A stretch of DNA of 64,000 nt from an uncultured delta proteobacterium (GCA_963790475.1 CAWBOS010000015.1:352001-416000), one strand, 5' to 3'. Positions 20,291 to 30,314 are shown, counted from the stretch's first letter. The notes: a model not told the origin generated them from the sequence alone. Made by a program: numbers and translations.

Positions 20291-21672
20291 TCGTGGACGA
20301 TGAAATCGACATGCTTGAATTACTCAAGCGGATTATTGAAGATAAAACTAATTATCAGGTGGTTATCACCCCTGACCCCCTGGCGGTCCCCCAGATTCTT
20401 GAAGAAAATATTTTTGACCTGGTAATTACCGATTTGCGGATGCCTGCCCAAAGCGGTCTGGAGCTGCTCGAAATCATCCGGGAAAAAGATGATCAAATCC
20501 CGATCGTCATCCTGACCGCCTATGGAACCATTGAATCGGCCGTGGAGGCCATGCAAAAAGGGGCTTTCAGTTTTATCACCAAGCCTTTTAAAAAAGAAGA
20601 AATCCTTTTAACCATTGATAAGGCATTTAACTTTCAACGCTTGACCAAAGAGAATATCAGCCTGAGAAATGAGCTGGAAGAAAAACTGAAATTTCCCTTT
20701 CTGATCGGCAAAAGCCCTCTCATGGAGAAGGTCTACCAGCGCATTATACAGGTGGCCAGGACTTCAGCGACGATTCTGATCACCGGCGAATCAGGGACCG
20801 GGAAAGAATTGGCGGCCAAAACCCTCCACTTTCACAGCCAGAGAAAAGAAAGAAATTTTGTGGCCGTCAATTGTTCGGCCATCCCGGAGACCCTCATTGA
20901 AAGCGAATTATTCGGTCATTTAAAAGGTTCCTTTACCGGAGCCATCCGGGATAAAAAAGGACTGGTGGACGAAGCGGATCGCGGGACCTTGTTCCTTGAC
21001 GAAATCGGGGACTTGAACCTGATCATGCAGACCAAATTGCTGCGTCTGCTTCAGGAAGGGGAATATAAACCGGTCGGAAGTTCCAAAACTTTAATCGCCG
21101 ATCTTAGGTTTGTCGCCGCCACCAACCAGGATTTAATGGGAAAAATCCATAAGAAAGAATTTCGGGAGGATTTGTTTTATCGATTGAATGTGATTCAGAT
21201 TCTGTTACCCCCCTTAAGAGATCGTAAAGAGGATATCCCGATCCTGGCCCGGCATTTCCTCGAAAAATATAGCCGACTCAATCAAAAAGAAATCAAGGGA
21301 ATTGAATCTGAAGCCCTGGAGGTGCTGATGACCCGGGACTGGCCCGGAAATATCAGAGAATTAGAGAATGTCCTCGAACGAGGGGTTATTTTAACCAGGA
21401 CCGATCTCCTCCAGGTATCCGACTTGTTTCCGGAGAATCAGCCGGCATCTTTTCCATTCAGGATTCAGGAAAATATCTTCATGTCCCCTTTTAAAGAGGC
21501 CAAGGAAAATATTATCAATAATTTTCATATCGAATATATCCGCAGGGTCCTGGCTAAACACGGCGGGAACGTTTCCCTGGCAGCTAAGGAATGTGGTCTT
21601 AAACGGCCTTATCTCCACCGCCTGATGCGGGACAACGATATCAAATCTAAAACCTATCGTCATTCCGGTTAG
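20272..21672 (+). CDS. Sigma-54-dependent response regulator (NtrC family)
   Basis: REC domain; GESGTGKE, ESELFGH, GSFTGA, FREDLFYRL, WPGNIREL; Fis-type HTH. Confidence 0.96.
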   Translation: MAERILIVDDEIDMLELLKRIIEDKTNYQVVITPDPLAVPQILEENIFDLVITDLRMPAQSGLELLEIIREKDDQIPIVILTAYGTIESAVEAMQKGAFSFITKPFKKEEILLTIDKAFNFQRLTKENISLRNELEEKLKFPFLIGKSPLMEKVYQRIIQVARTSATILITGESGTGKELAAKTLHFHSQRKERNFVAVNCSAIPETLIESELFGHLKGSFTGAIRDKKGLVDEADRGTLFLDEIGDLNLIMQTKLLRLLQEGEYKPVGSSKTLIADLRFVAATNQDLMGKIHKKEFREDLFYRLNVIQILLPPLRDRKEDIPILARHFLEKYSRLNQKEIKGIESEALEVLMTRDWPGNIRELENVLERGVILTRTDLLQVSDLFPENQPASFPFRIQENIFMSPFKEAKENIINNFHIEYIRRVLAKHGGNVSLAAKECGLKRPYLHRLMRDNDIKSKTYRHSG

Positions 21673-21815
21673 AATTTTCTTAACAATTGACTCTGAGGTC
21701 TTTATGTATAAAATAGGTGACATCCTGTATCTTGAAAAGCATCTAAACCTGATCCAGGTAAAGAATTTAGGCGAAAAAACTTTTTAAAAATACCTAATTG
21801 CAACCATTGAACCAT

Positions 21816-21831
21816 TGGCACATTATTTGAA
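21816..21831 (+). promoter_or_regulatory. Sigma-54-type promoter of the TauE operon (variant -12)
   Basis: TGGCAC-ATTAT-TTGAA, directly downstream of an enhancer-binding protein gene. Confidence 0.6.
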
Positions 21832-22058
21832 TTCATAAAACTGTTTACGATTGAGTCTCTTGTCTTACTCACAAATTCGGTCTCCCCGGAATATTCCGGT
21901 TAAGTCCGGGGCAGCTGACGCCGAGGTTCGGCAAAAAGGAACGTTTTTCAAAGCGCTCTCCAGGAAAGAATAAGGAGGCGGGATGAGGACAAAAGACTTT
22001 AACAAGGTGCTCTCTTATTAAATGTATGCCATTTTCAATAAAGAAGGAGGCTTAAGTT

Positions 22059-23315
22059 ATGAGCGTAGGCAGACAAGTCTTTGAATTTTTAAAGGCCGGG
22101 GCCATAGCCCATGCCCAATGGGACATCGAGGTCTCCTTGAGCATTTTGAGGGACAGGAAAAAGCTTCTGATTCTCCTATGTATGTTGCTGCCCATTTTTG
22201 CGGTGGCTATTTGTGAAGGGGCTAATATTTTGGGAGGCAAGGACGCTTATGCCCCGTCTCACTATACTACCACCATCTTTCTGGCTTCCGTTGCCATCGG
22301 GCTTTGCGCCGGTTTAATCACCGGGTGTATCGGGGCTGGAGGGGGGTTTATCGTCACCCCGGCCTTGATGGCCGCGGGGGTGAAGGGGATCCTGGCCGTG
22401 GGGACCGATCTCTTCCATATTTTCGCCAAGGCGATTATGGGCACCGCGGTCCACAAGAAATTGGGCAACGTTTCCGTTAAGCTGGCCATTGCCTTTCTGG
22501 CCGGTTCCGGTGTGGGAACGTTTATCGGAGGCTACATCAACAAGGCCCTCTATAATATCGATCCTCTGCTCAGCGACACTTTTATCAGTGTCATTTATGC
22601 CGTCCTCCTGGGATTCCTGGGTTTTTATGCCCTGTTCGATTTTATCAAATCATCCAGAGAGGAATCGTCTGCTTCCTCCGGAGGAGGCCATGATGCCCAT
22701 GGGGGACCCGCCGGGGTAACCGGTGTGGCCGTTAAAGTGCAGAATTTGAACCTTCCTCCCATGATCGGTTTTGATGAAGACCTGGGTGGACGAAAAATCT
22801 CCGGGGTGATCGTGGCCCTGGGGGGGGTTGTGGTTGGTTTGCTGGCGGCTCTGATGGGGGTGGGAGGCGGATTCGTTACCTTTCCCATGTTTGTCTATAT
22901 CTTCGGTGTTTCTTCCATGACTACCGTGGGTACTGACATCTTACAGATCATCTTTACCGCAGGATTGGCAGCTATAGCCCAGTATGCCATTTACGGTTAT
23001 GTTTTCTATTCGCTGGCCATGGGCATGTTGATCGGCTCCTTAGTTGGAATCCAAGTGGGCGCCTTAACCACTAAGGTGGTCAAGGGGATTCATATCCGGG
23101 GATTTTATGCAGTTTCCATCCTGGCCGGCTTTATCAATCGGGTAGCGACCCTGCCTAAGAAGTTTACTGAAATGGAAGTGATCAATATTCCCAAATCAAT
23201 AAGCGGGCCTATCGATTTTGCCGGGGCGATCATCTTCTGGGTCGTGGTGGGTTTTTTCGGCCTCTGGGTCTTTAGCAAGTTCTTTGGAAATTTAAAAGTA
23301 TTGAGGGAGGGATAA
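22059..23315 (+). CDS. TauE/SafE (TSUP) family permease
   Basis: Two repeats of the GxGGGF...P...VGTD motif (GAGGGFIVTP..AVGTDL; GVGGGFVTFP..TVGTDI). Confidence 0.92.
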   Translation: MSVGRQVFEFLKAGAIAHAQWDIEVSLSILRDRKKLLILLCMLLPIFAVAICEGANILGGKDAYAPSHYTTTIFLASVAIGLCAGLITGCIGAGGGFIVTPALMAAGVKGILAVGTDLFHIFAKAIMGTAVHKKLGNVSVKLAIAFLAGSGVGTFIGGYINKALYNIDPLLSDTFISVIYAVLLGFLGFYALFDFIKSSREESSASSGGGHDAHGGPAGVTGVAVKVQNLNLPPMIGFDEDLGGRKISGVIVALGGVVVGLLAALMGVGGGFVTFPMFVYIFGVSSMTTVGTDILQIIFTAGLAAIAQYAIYGYVFYSLAMGMLIGSLVGIQVGALTTKVVKGIHIRGFYAVSILAGFINRVATLPKKFTEMEVINIPKSISGPIDFAGAIIFWVVVGFFGLWVFSKFFGNLKVLREG

Positions 23316-23318
23316 GCC

Positions 23319-24032
23319 ATGGTGATTCGTAATAAAGGACCTTTTATCATGGGGTTGTTTTTGGCCATTTCCTTTATTGGGGTCTGGATTCTTATTTTTT
23401 CTCCGATTTACGGGGGAGGCATGAACGGTCTCGATTTTGCCGATGACCTTTTTAATAAGTTATCCAAGGGTTCCTCCTATTTTATTCCTGATTTAAAGGA
23501 AGCCAATAAAGAATTCCAGGGAAAATCTTTTGCGGTAAGTATCACCCTGGAAAAACCCAAGGAAGCGGAGCAGATCAGCAAACTGTTTGTAGCTGCCGGG
23601 GCTAAAGTTGATGTCCAGGGCACCAATTTAAAGATTGAAGGGGACTTTGGTAAAACCATAGACCTGGTTTTAAAGGATTCCGACCTGATGTTTCATAATC
23701 AGGGAAAAGAGTTGATGACCGCCTACGGTTTTGATGAAAAAGAAGTGATGAAAGGTTGGTGGACCGCCTTATCCAAGATGGAAAAATTCTTTAAAAAGAA
23801 CTTCAAGATCGAGGAAGCCAATCATATTTCGGAAATAAGCAAAAAAGGGATCGAACCGGCCTATAATTTTTACAAGATTGAACCTCAGCGGGTGATCGAT
23901 CGGGCCGGCCTGATGACTTTTTTGCTGGTTTTTTATTTATTCTATACCATTTGGTGGGGTTATGGCATCTTTTATATTTTTGACGGCGTCGGGCTGACCA
24001 TGAAAAAGGCCAAGATCAAGAAAGAAGTTTAA
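23319..24032 (+). CDS. Membrane protein accompanying TauE
   Basis: N- and C-terminal TM helices around a soluble domain; starts 3 bp after the TauE stop. Confidence 0.8.
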   Translation: MVIRNKGPFIMGLFLAISFIGVWILIFSPIYGGGMNGLDFADDLFNKLSKGSSYFIPDLKEANKEFQGKSFAVSITLEKPKEAEQISKLFVAAGAKVDVQGTNLKIEGDFGKTIDLVLKDSDLMFHNQGKELMTAYGFDEKEVMKGWWTALSKMEKFFKKNFKIEEANHISEISKKGIEPAYNFYKIEPQRVIDRAGLMTFLLVFYLFYTIWWGYGIFYIFDGVGLTMKKAKIKKEV

Positions 24033-24155
24033 AAAAAGTTGCGAGTTGCGAGTTGTTCTCAAGGGTGGACAACCCTGCATCTTGTTTTTCTGTAATTCTG
24101 TTTTTTATTCCGCAATCCGAAATCGGAAATCCGCAATCAAACGATGGGGGTAACA

Positions 24156-24587
24156 ATGAAAATACTGGTGGCCATAGATGGTTCGAAGGATTCCGGGAAA
24201 GGTTCTGAGTTGGCCCTGAATATAGCCAAAGCCCAGGGGGCTGAGGTAACGCTTTTGGCGGTAATCCCCGTTTATCCGGGTATTGATCTGGAGATCACGG
24301 CCCGGGCCCGAGATTCCCTGGACAACAAGTTGAGCGCTCAGGCCGAGTTGGACTTAGGCAAGGCGAAAGATTTATTCCAGTCGGAAGGCATTACCCCCAA
24401 AGCCATATTGGTCAGTTCGGGGGCAATTGCCGATGAGATCATCACCATGGCGGAACAGGATAAAATGGATCTGATTGTTATCGGCAGCCGGGGCCTAGGG
24501 GCCACCGGGCGTTTCAGTCTGGGGGGAACGGCTATGAAAATAATCAGTCAGGCCCCTTGTTCTGTGCTAGTAGCCAAGGCGGAATAA
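24156..24587 (+). CDS. Universal stress protein
   Basis: KILVAIDGS, DLIVIGSRGLG...LGG, APCSVLV. Confidence 0.93.
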   Translation: MKILVAIDGSKDSGKGSELALNIAKAQGAEVTLLAVIPVYPGIDLEITARARDSLDNKLSAQAELDLGKAKDLFQSEGITPKAILVSSGAIADEIITMAEQDKMDLIVIGSRGLGATGRFSLGGTAMKIISQAPCSVLVAKAE

Positions 24588-24698
24588 AGAATGACAAGGG
24601 GAGGGGGCGATACGGAGACTCGGGGAAATGGGGGAATAATATAACAAACTCCTCTCGCTTATTCTCCGCGTCACCGTATCACCGTGTCCCCGCGTCTT

Positions 24699-25799
24699 TT
24701 ATTTGGACGGATCGAATTCGTAATTCCCCCGCAGGAAAGCTTCGACGTGCCAGGAAACAATTGATTCATCATTCATGACCATGTCTCGTTGACGGGAGCA
24801 GCCCATTAATCTTCCGATCAGATCCAGATTTTTTTCCGTACAAGCACGATCCCGGTGCAGGAGCCGGGCGTTAACCCAATCCTTTTGGACGACCACTTCA
24901 AAGTCAAGTTTTTCCAAGACAGCCCCGATAAATCGGGCCCTACGGGCCCGGCGCACATCGTCGGCCGCTCCGCCTTTGAACATAAACCGGATATGATTAT
25001 TATCCCGGTTGTCAGAGATATAGGAATCCACCGAGGTGTAATGGTAGCCCAGACGGGAATTGTAATTCATATATTCTCCAGTCAGCAAGGCATAGGTCTT
25101 ATCCCAGAAATCTTCTTCCGGGCGGCTGGTACTCTGGGCCATGATCACCATCAGACCTTTTAAATTGACTCCAATCGGTCCGGACCAGGATATTCCCTGG
25201 CAATACATACCCTTGAACATGGCCAGCATGGGTTCGGAAAGGATTTCCTCCTTGCGAACCAACTTCTTTTCTGTGCCCGAAAACAGCCCCCCACCCAGGT
25301 CAATGACGTGAAGATTGATCGGCAGCCCGGTTTGAACCCTTATGGCCTTGGACCAGCTCGGATCAAAGCGATCCAAAAGGTCAAACATTTCTTCAACCGC
25401 CAGTTCATGGGTATAGTCCAGAAGGTCCTCCAGACCATGCAATTCTTTGACCGGAAAAGGTCCTGGATTGGGCCTGATTTGATTCTGAAACATAGAAAGA
25501 TAAAGGCTGTCTGATCCTCTCCAGGGGTTTTGACAAAGCCCATCTTGAATGTCCTGAAATTTTTTCACCTGGTCCAGGGAGCATTGATTGGAGATCATGT
25601 TCAATGACCCGATAATCGTCCCAATCGTTTGGGAAAGGTCCTGGGACATTTCAGGATCTTGCCCCCGGATTATTTCCAGGGCCTTGGCCCTGGCCTCCAT
25701 CAGGGCTCGAAAATGGTTGTAAATGGCCTGAAAATTTTCAAGCAGGGAATTTTTTGATTTGGAATCCGGATGGATCAGTTTTTTTAACCAGGTTTTCAT
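24699..25799 (-). CDS. Paralogue of the non-catalytic N- and C-terminal parts of the PEP-synthase-like protein
   Basis: Shares SRLGYHY, FKGGAAD and RQRDM with the C-terminus of 27184..29787 (TRLGFHF, FKGGAAD, RQLDM). No ATP-grasp or phospho-His motif. Confidence 0.8.
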   Translation of the reverse strand: MKTWLKKLIHPDSKSKNSLLENFQAIYNHFRALMEARAKALEIIRGQDPEMSQDLSQTIGTIIGSLNMISNQCSLDQVKKFQDIQDGLCQNPWRGSDSLYLSMFQNQIRPNPGPFPVKELHGLEDLLDYTHELAVEEMFDLLDRFDPSWSKAIRVQTGLPINLHVIDLGGGLFSGTEKKLVRKEEILSEPMLAMFKGMYCQGISWSGPIGVNLKGLMVIMAQSTSRPEEDFWDKTYALLTGEYMNYNSRLGYHYTSVDSYISDNRDNNHIRFMFKGGAADDVRRARRARFIGAVLEKLDFEVVVQKDWVNARLLHRDRACTEKNLDLIGRLMGCSRQRDMVMNDESIVSWHVEAFLRGNYEFDPSK

Positions 25800-25889
25800 G
25801 CCAATGGCCAGCAACTTTTTTTCAAGCTTGATGAATATCCTTTTTTACTTTATTATCCTTTCATCTTCAAGATAAAAAGAGGAGTTTTC

Positions 25890-26075
25890 ATGGGAGTCCT
25901 GGAATACCTGATTAAAATGGCCGTTGATGCCGCCCCGCAACGTCCCGGATTTCAAACCCGGACCCTTTATATTCTCATTAATCTGGCCCTTCCCATTTTG
26001 CTGGGGATTGTTCTGGCCTGGATAACCCGGGTTATGGAAAAAGGCTTGCTCCGCCTGCTGGGCGAGAAACGCTGA
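25890..26075 (+). CDS. Small single-TM protein upstream of the second TauE
   Basis: GAGGAG RBS, 61 aa with one hydrophobic helix, 2 bp before the next gene. Confidence 0.7.
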   Translation: MGVLEYLIKMAVDAAPQRPGFQTRTLYILINLALPILLGIVLAWITRVMEKGLLRLLGEKR

Positions 26076-26077
26076 TC

Positions 26078-27034
26078 ATGGACACCCCCTTTTCTTTTTT
26101 CCCGATAGCCTCTTACTGGGCTCAGATCCAGGGCCTTCAAATTCATCCGAATCTGACAGGCCTGATCGTTCTTGGTTTTCTTGTCGGAGGGATAACCGGC
26201 TTTTTCGGCGTTGGGGGCAGATTGTTAACCTCGCCTTTGCTAAATGCCCTGTTTAATATTCCCTATAATGTAGCCGTAGGCAGCGACCTCTGTCAGATGC
26301 TGGGCACCTCGACCTTGAATATCCTCCGGTTTAAAAGAATGAGCCGTATCGATTATACGCTGGGAGGCTGGATGCTGGCCGGAACGATCATCGGTGTGGA
26401 AGGGGGAACAAGACTTCTGGAAATCCTGAAACAGGCCGGGAAGTTCAGCCTCAGGGGAACATCCATCGCTTATCTGCCTCTGGTTATGAGTTTGGTTTAC
26501 AGTGCCCTGCTGCTCTGGATTGGAATGATCATCTATCGGGAAGCCAGGGCGGCTGAGAAGGAAGAAGCGGCTGAGGGACTGATTGCCCCCCTTCAACCGG
26601 CCATGACCGCCAAACTTCAACATATGCATTTGGCTCCGATGATATCGCTTCCGGTATCCGGGATAGAGGCCATTTCTCTCTGGGTGATCCTCGGCGTCGG
26701 TATGACCACCGGCTTGCTGGTCGGCTTTTTAGGGGCCGGGGGCGGATTTATCCGCATGCCGGCCTTGATTTACGTCATCGGATGTCCCATGGTGGTAGCT
26801 ATCGGAACGGACCTCTTGGAAAGTATTTTTTCTCTGGGCTATGGGACCATAACCCACTCCTTAAAAGGCAATATAGATCTGATCCTGGTGGTCATTCTTC
26901 TAATCACCGGCAGCCTGGGAAATCAGATAGGCGCGGTTTTAGCTAAAAGGCTCACTAATCCCAACCTGCGGCAGATTTTCGCCTTTATCGCCTTCGCGGT
27001 TGTAATTTTGCTGGTAGTCAAACTGATTATATAA
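26078..27034 (+). CDS. TauE/SafE family permease
   Basis: GFFGVGG...AVGSDL and GFLGAGGGFIRMP...AIGTDL. Confidence 0.9.
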   Translation: MDTPFSFFPIASYWAQIQGLQIHPNLTGLIVLGFLVGGITGFFGVGGRLLTSPLLNALFNIPYNVAVGSDLCQMLGTSTLNILRFKRMSRIDYTLGGWMLAGTIIGVEGGTRLLEILKQAGKFSLRGTSIAYLPLVMSLVYSALLLWIGMIIYREARAAEKEEAAEGLIAPLQPAMTAKLQHMHLAPMISLPVSGIEAISLWVILGVGMTTGLLVGFLGAGGGFIRMPALIYVIGCPMVVAIGTDLLESIFSLGYGTITHSLKGNIDLILVVILLITGSLGNQIGAVLAKRLTNPNLRQIFAFIAFAVVILLVVKLII

Positions 27035-27183
27035 TTATAATTAATTCAGATGTCGAAACCAAAGAATTTTTTTTTTGTTTCGAGTTGCGGGTTAGTTAAT
27101 CAAATGTTCTCTTATGAATCATGCCTTGAAACCCGCAATCCGTAATGAGGTCTTAGTCTACAGGGCATGGTCAGGACTATCGC

Positions 27184-29787
27184 ATGTTGGATTTAAAAGG
27201 ATTTTTGAAAAGACGACAGGAAGGAAAAATCCGGAAGGCCGAGAAGGCCCGGGACCAAATTCGTCTGTCCTTTACCCAGCGGTATTTGAATTTTAAAACC
27301 CTCCTCAGCCTTAATGACAAAGTTTTAGAGATCATCAATGAAATGGAACAGGCCCTGGAAAGTGATCAGGGCTTTGGAATGGCCTTTGTCCGAGCCCATT
27401 GCACCGCCCTTTCGGTTAACCTGTTTAAGATAATTCAAAGCCTCAATGCCATTACTGATAGTAGAAACAAGATCCTCTTCCCGGTCTTCGATGGGATCTG
27501 GGCCAAAATCGATCAGGAATTGAAAAGGAAAAAAACCTCGACCCAGGGAGAGTGGATCCTTCCCCTGAAAGCAGTGAACAAAACCATGGCCGACCAAACA
27601 GGGAATAAAATGGCTAATCTTGGGGAGGTAAAGAATCAGGTGGGCCTGCCTGTTCCCGAGGGATTTGTAATTACAGCCTCGGCTTATGATTTTTTTCTGG
27701 AGAAAAACCTTTTGCAGGATGAGATCAACCGGCGGATTCAATTTCTGGAACCTTCCGATATTGCCCAGCTCCATGAAACCAGTTCGGAAATCCAGAAATT
27801 AATCACCAATGCCGTCCTCCCTCCCGAATTGGAAGAAGCCATTATGTCCGCCTATCAGGACTTAATAAAAAATACTGACCAGGGGACGCGTGTTTCCATG
27901 CGCAGCAGCGCCTTGGGAGAAGACGCCCAGGAGGCCTCTTTTGCCGGTCAGTATCGTTCCCTCCTCAATGTAAGCCCGGACTACCTGATCCTGTCTTACA
28001 AAGAAATTCTGGCCAGCAAATATTCGGTTCCCGCTATAGCCTACCGCCTCAACAAAGGATTCCTGGATGAAGACATCGTTATGTGTGTCGGGTGTATGGC
28101 TATGATCCAGGCCGAGGCTGCGGGGGTAATGTATTCCGCCGACCCGGGGGACAGACAGAAACAAGGGATCATCATCAACGCCGTCTTAGGACTGGGCAAA
28201 TCCGTGGTCGATGGAAGCCTGATACCCGACCTGTTTATCGTTGACAGAAAAAATACCCATCACCTGACCAAAAAAGAAATACAGAAGAAAACAAAGAAAT
28301 TTATCTGTGATCCGGAAGAGGGGGTCTGCCTGGAAACTCTGGTTGAAACCGGAGAACAGCACCCGGCCATCACCGATGAACAGGCCGGGAGTTTGGCCGA
28401 AATGGCCCTCCGTCTGGAATCCCATTTCAACTGCCCCCAGGATATCGAATGGGCTATTCAAACCGACGGGTCTTTTCAGATTCTCCAGGCCCGACCCCTT
28501 TTGATCCTTGGGAAAGAAACCCCTCCGGCAGAAGCGGTTTCGACGCCCCCGATAGAACAGCCGCTGATCCTGGAAGGGGGGATAACGGCCAGTCCCGGTG
28601 CGGCCAGCGGCCCGGCCTTTTTAATTGAAACAACCGTTGACATGCTGCAGTTTCCTTCCGGTGCGGTGCTGGTGGCCAGAAACCCCTTGCCCCAATGGGC
28701 AGCCCTTTTAACCCATTCCGCAGCCGTGGTAACCGATCAGGGGGCACTGACCGGTCACCTGGCGGCCGTTGCCCGGGAATTCAAGGTTCCAGCCCTGATG
28801 GGTACACAGAAGGCCTTTCAAACGATTCAGCGGGGAGATTTGATTACTGTCGATGCCACGGGTCATAAGATCTATGCCGGAAGAGTGGATGCCCTTCTCG
28901 CCGGATCAATAAAAAAATCAAGCCCCATGAAAGACAGCCCGGTTTATCGTTCCTTGGAAAAAATCCTTAAGTATATCGCTCCTCTGAACCTGACCGATCC
29001 CGAAGGCGGAACTTTCACCCCGGAGGCTTGTCAAACCCTTCATGACATCATACGATATGCCCATGAAATGTCCCTGAGAGCGCTTTTTGATGACCGGAAA
29101 GAAATATCTATCTCTGAAAAAGTGGCCAAAAAGCTGGTTTCCGAGATCCCCATGGAATGGTGGGTGATTGATTTGGACGGAGGAGTCCGGGAAGGAATTG
29201 ACGGCCCTACCCTTCAACTGGAAGATATCCACTCGGTTCCCTTATTGGCTTTGTGGAAAGGGCTGGCGGCTGTTCCCTGGAAAGGCCCGCCACCGGTGGA
29301 CGCTCGCGGCTTTCTTTCCATCCTGGCCGAATCCACTATGGACCCCTCTCTGGAATACGGACAAGATTCAGAAATGTCAGCCAAAAACTTTGCCATCATT
29401 TCTGAGAATTTTTGTCATTTAAGTACCCGGCTGGGATTTCATTTCTCGACGGTGGAAGCCTATCTGGGGGATCAAGCCGCAGAAAACTATGTCTGGTTCT
29501 ATTTTAAAGGAGGGGCAGCCGATCGGGTTCGCAAGGAACAGAGGAGCCGTCTAATCCAGATTATCCTGGAAGGATTCCATTTTTGGGTGCAAACGAAAGG
29601 AGATTTGATTTCGGCACGGTTGGAACGGCAAGAAAAAGAAATTTTAGCAGACCGATTAAAGGTCCTGGGCTATTTGATCCTCCACACCCGGCAGTTGGAT
29701 ATGGTCCTTTCCAATCCCGGAAAAGTTAATCAGTACATTGAAAAAATGCTCGCAGAAATAAGTACGTTTGTAAATATTCCAGCTTAA
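27184..29787 (+). CDS. PEP synthase/PPDK-like protein (ATP-grasp + phospho-His swivel + atypical C-terminal domain)
   Basis: GNKMANLGE, VPEGF, RSSALGED, SFAGQY, QDIEWA, LQARP and GALTGHLAAVAREF. No recognisable pyruvate-binding barrel motifs. Confidence 0.9.
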   Translation: MLDLKGFLKRRQEGKIRKAEKARDQIRLSFTQRYLNFKTLLSLNDKVLEIINEMEQALESDQGFGMAFVRAHCTALSVNLFKIIQSLNAITDSRNKILFPVFDGIWAKIDQELKRKKTSTQGEWILPLKAVNKTMADQTGNKMANLGEVKNQVGLPVPEGFVITASAYDFFLEKNLLQDEINRRIQFLEPSDIAQLHETSSEIQKLITNAVLPPELEEAIMSAYQDLIKNTDQGTRVSMRSSALGEDAQEASFAGQYRSLLNVSPDYLILSYKEILASKYSVPAIAYRLNKGFLDEDIVMCVGCMAMIQAEAAGVMYSADPGDRQKQGIIINAVLGLGKSVVDGSLIPDLFIVDRKNTHHLTKKEIQKKTKKFICDPEEGVCLETLVETGEQHPAITDEQAGSLAEMALRLESHFNCPQDIEWAIQTDGSFQILQARPLLILGKETPPAEAVSTPPIEQPLILEGGITASPGAASGPAFLIETTVDMLQFPSGAVLVARNPLPQWAALLTHSAAVVTDQGALTGHLAAVAREFKVPALMGTQKAFQTIQRGDLITVDATGHKIYAGRVDALLAGSIKKSSPMKDSPVYRSLEKILKYIAPLNLTDPEGGTFTPEACQTLHDIIRYAHEMSLRALFDDRKEISISEKVAKKLVSEIPMEWWVIDLDGGVREGIDGPTLQLEDIHSVPLLALWKGLAAVPWKGPPPVDARGFLSILAESTMDPSLEYGQDSEMSAKNFAIISENFCHLSTRLGFHFSTVEAYLGDQAAENYVWFYFKGGAADRVRKEQRSRLIQIILEGFHFWVQTKGDLISARLERQEKEILADRLKVLGYLILHTRQLDMVLSNPGKVNQYIEKMLAEISTFVNIPA

Positions 29788-29882
29788 GATAAGAGCTCAC
29801 AGTTCATTGCTCATTGCGCAAAGGAAAAGCCTTTGCCATGAGCTATCAGCTACGAGCTGTCAGCTAAATAGGGAGGTGTTCA

Positions 29883-30269
29883 ATGGAAGGAATCCGGTTA
29901 TTACTCGCCGACGACGAGGAAGATTTTCGAACGACCTTGACCAGCCGTCTGAGAAAAAGAAGGTTGGAAGTCGTGGATGTGGAAGACGGTTATAAGGCGG
30001 TCGAAGTTGTGAAATCAAAGCCGATCGATGTCGCGGTGGTCGATGTCAAGATGCCGGGAATGGATGGACTGGAGACTTTGAAGCAGATCAAGCAGATCAA
30101 TCCATTGATCGAAGTGATCTTGCTGACCGGTCACGCCTCAGTGGAATCGGGGATTGAAGGGATGCGTCTGGGGGCCTTTGATTACCTCATGAAACCCTGT
30201 GACATCAATGAACTGATGCTGAAAATCGAAGATGCCTATCAAAGGAAACTGGTGCAGGAAAAGGCCTAA
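29883..30269 (+). CDS. Single-domain response regulator
   Basis: LLADDE, VDVKMPGMDG, LLTGH, DYLMKP. Confidence 0.94.
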   Translation: MEGIRLLLADDEEDFRTTLTSRLRKRRLEVVDVEDGYKAVEVVKSKPIDVAVVDVKMPGMDGLETLKQIKQINPLIEVILLTGHASVESGIEGMRLGAFDYLMKPCDINELMLKIEDAYQRKLVQEKA

Positions 30270-30314
30270 GGACCAGAATTAGGATAAAAAATTGCTGGCC
30301 GATGTCCAGGCTTC

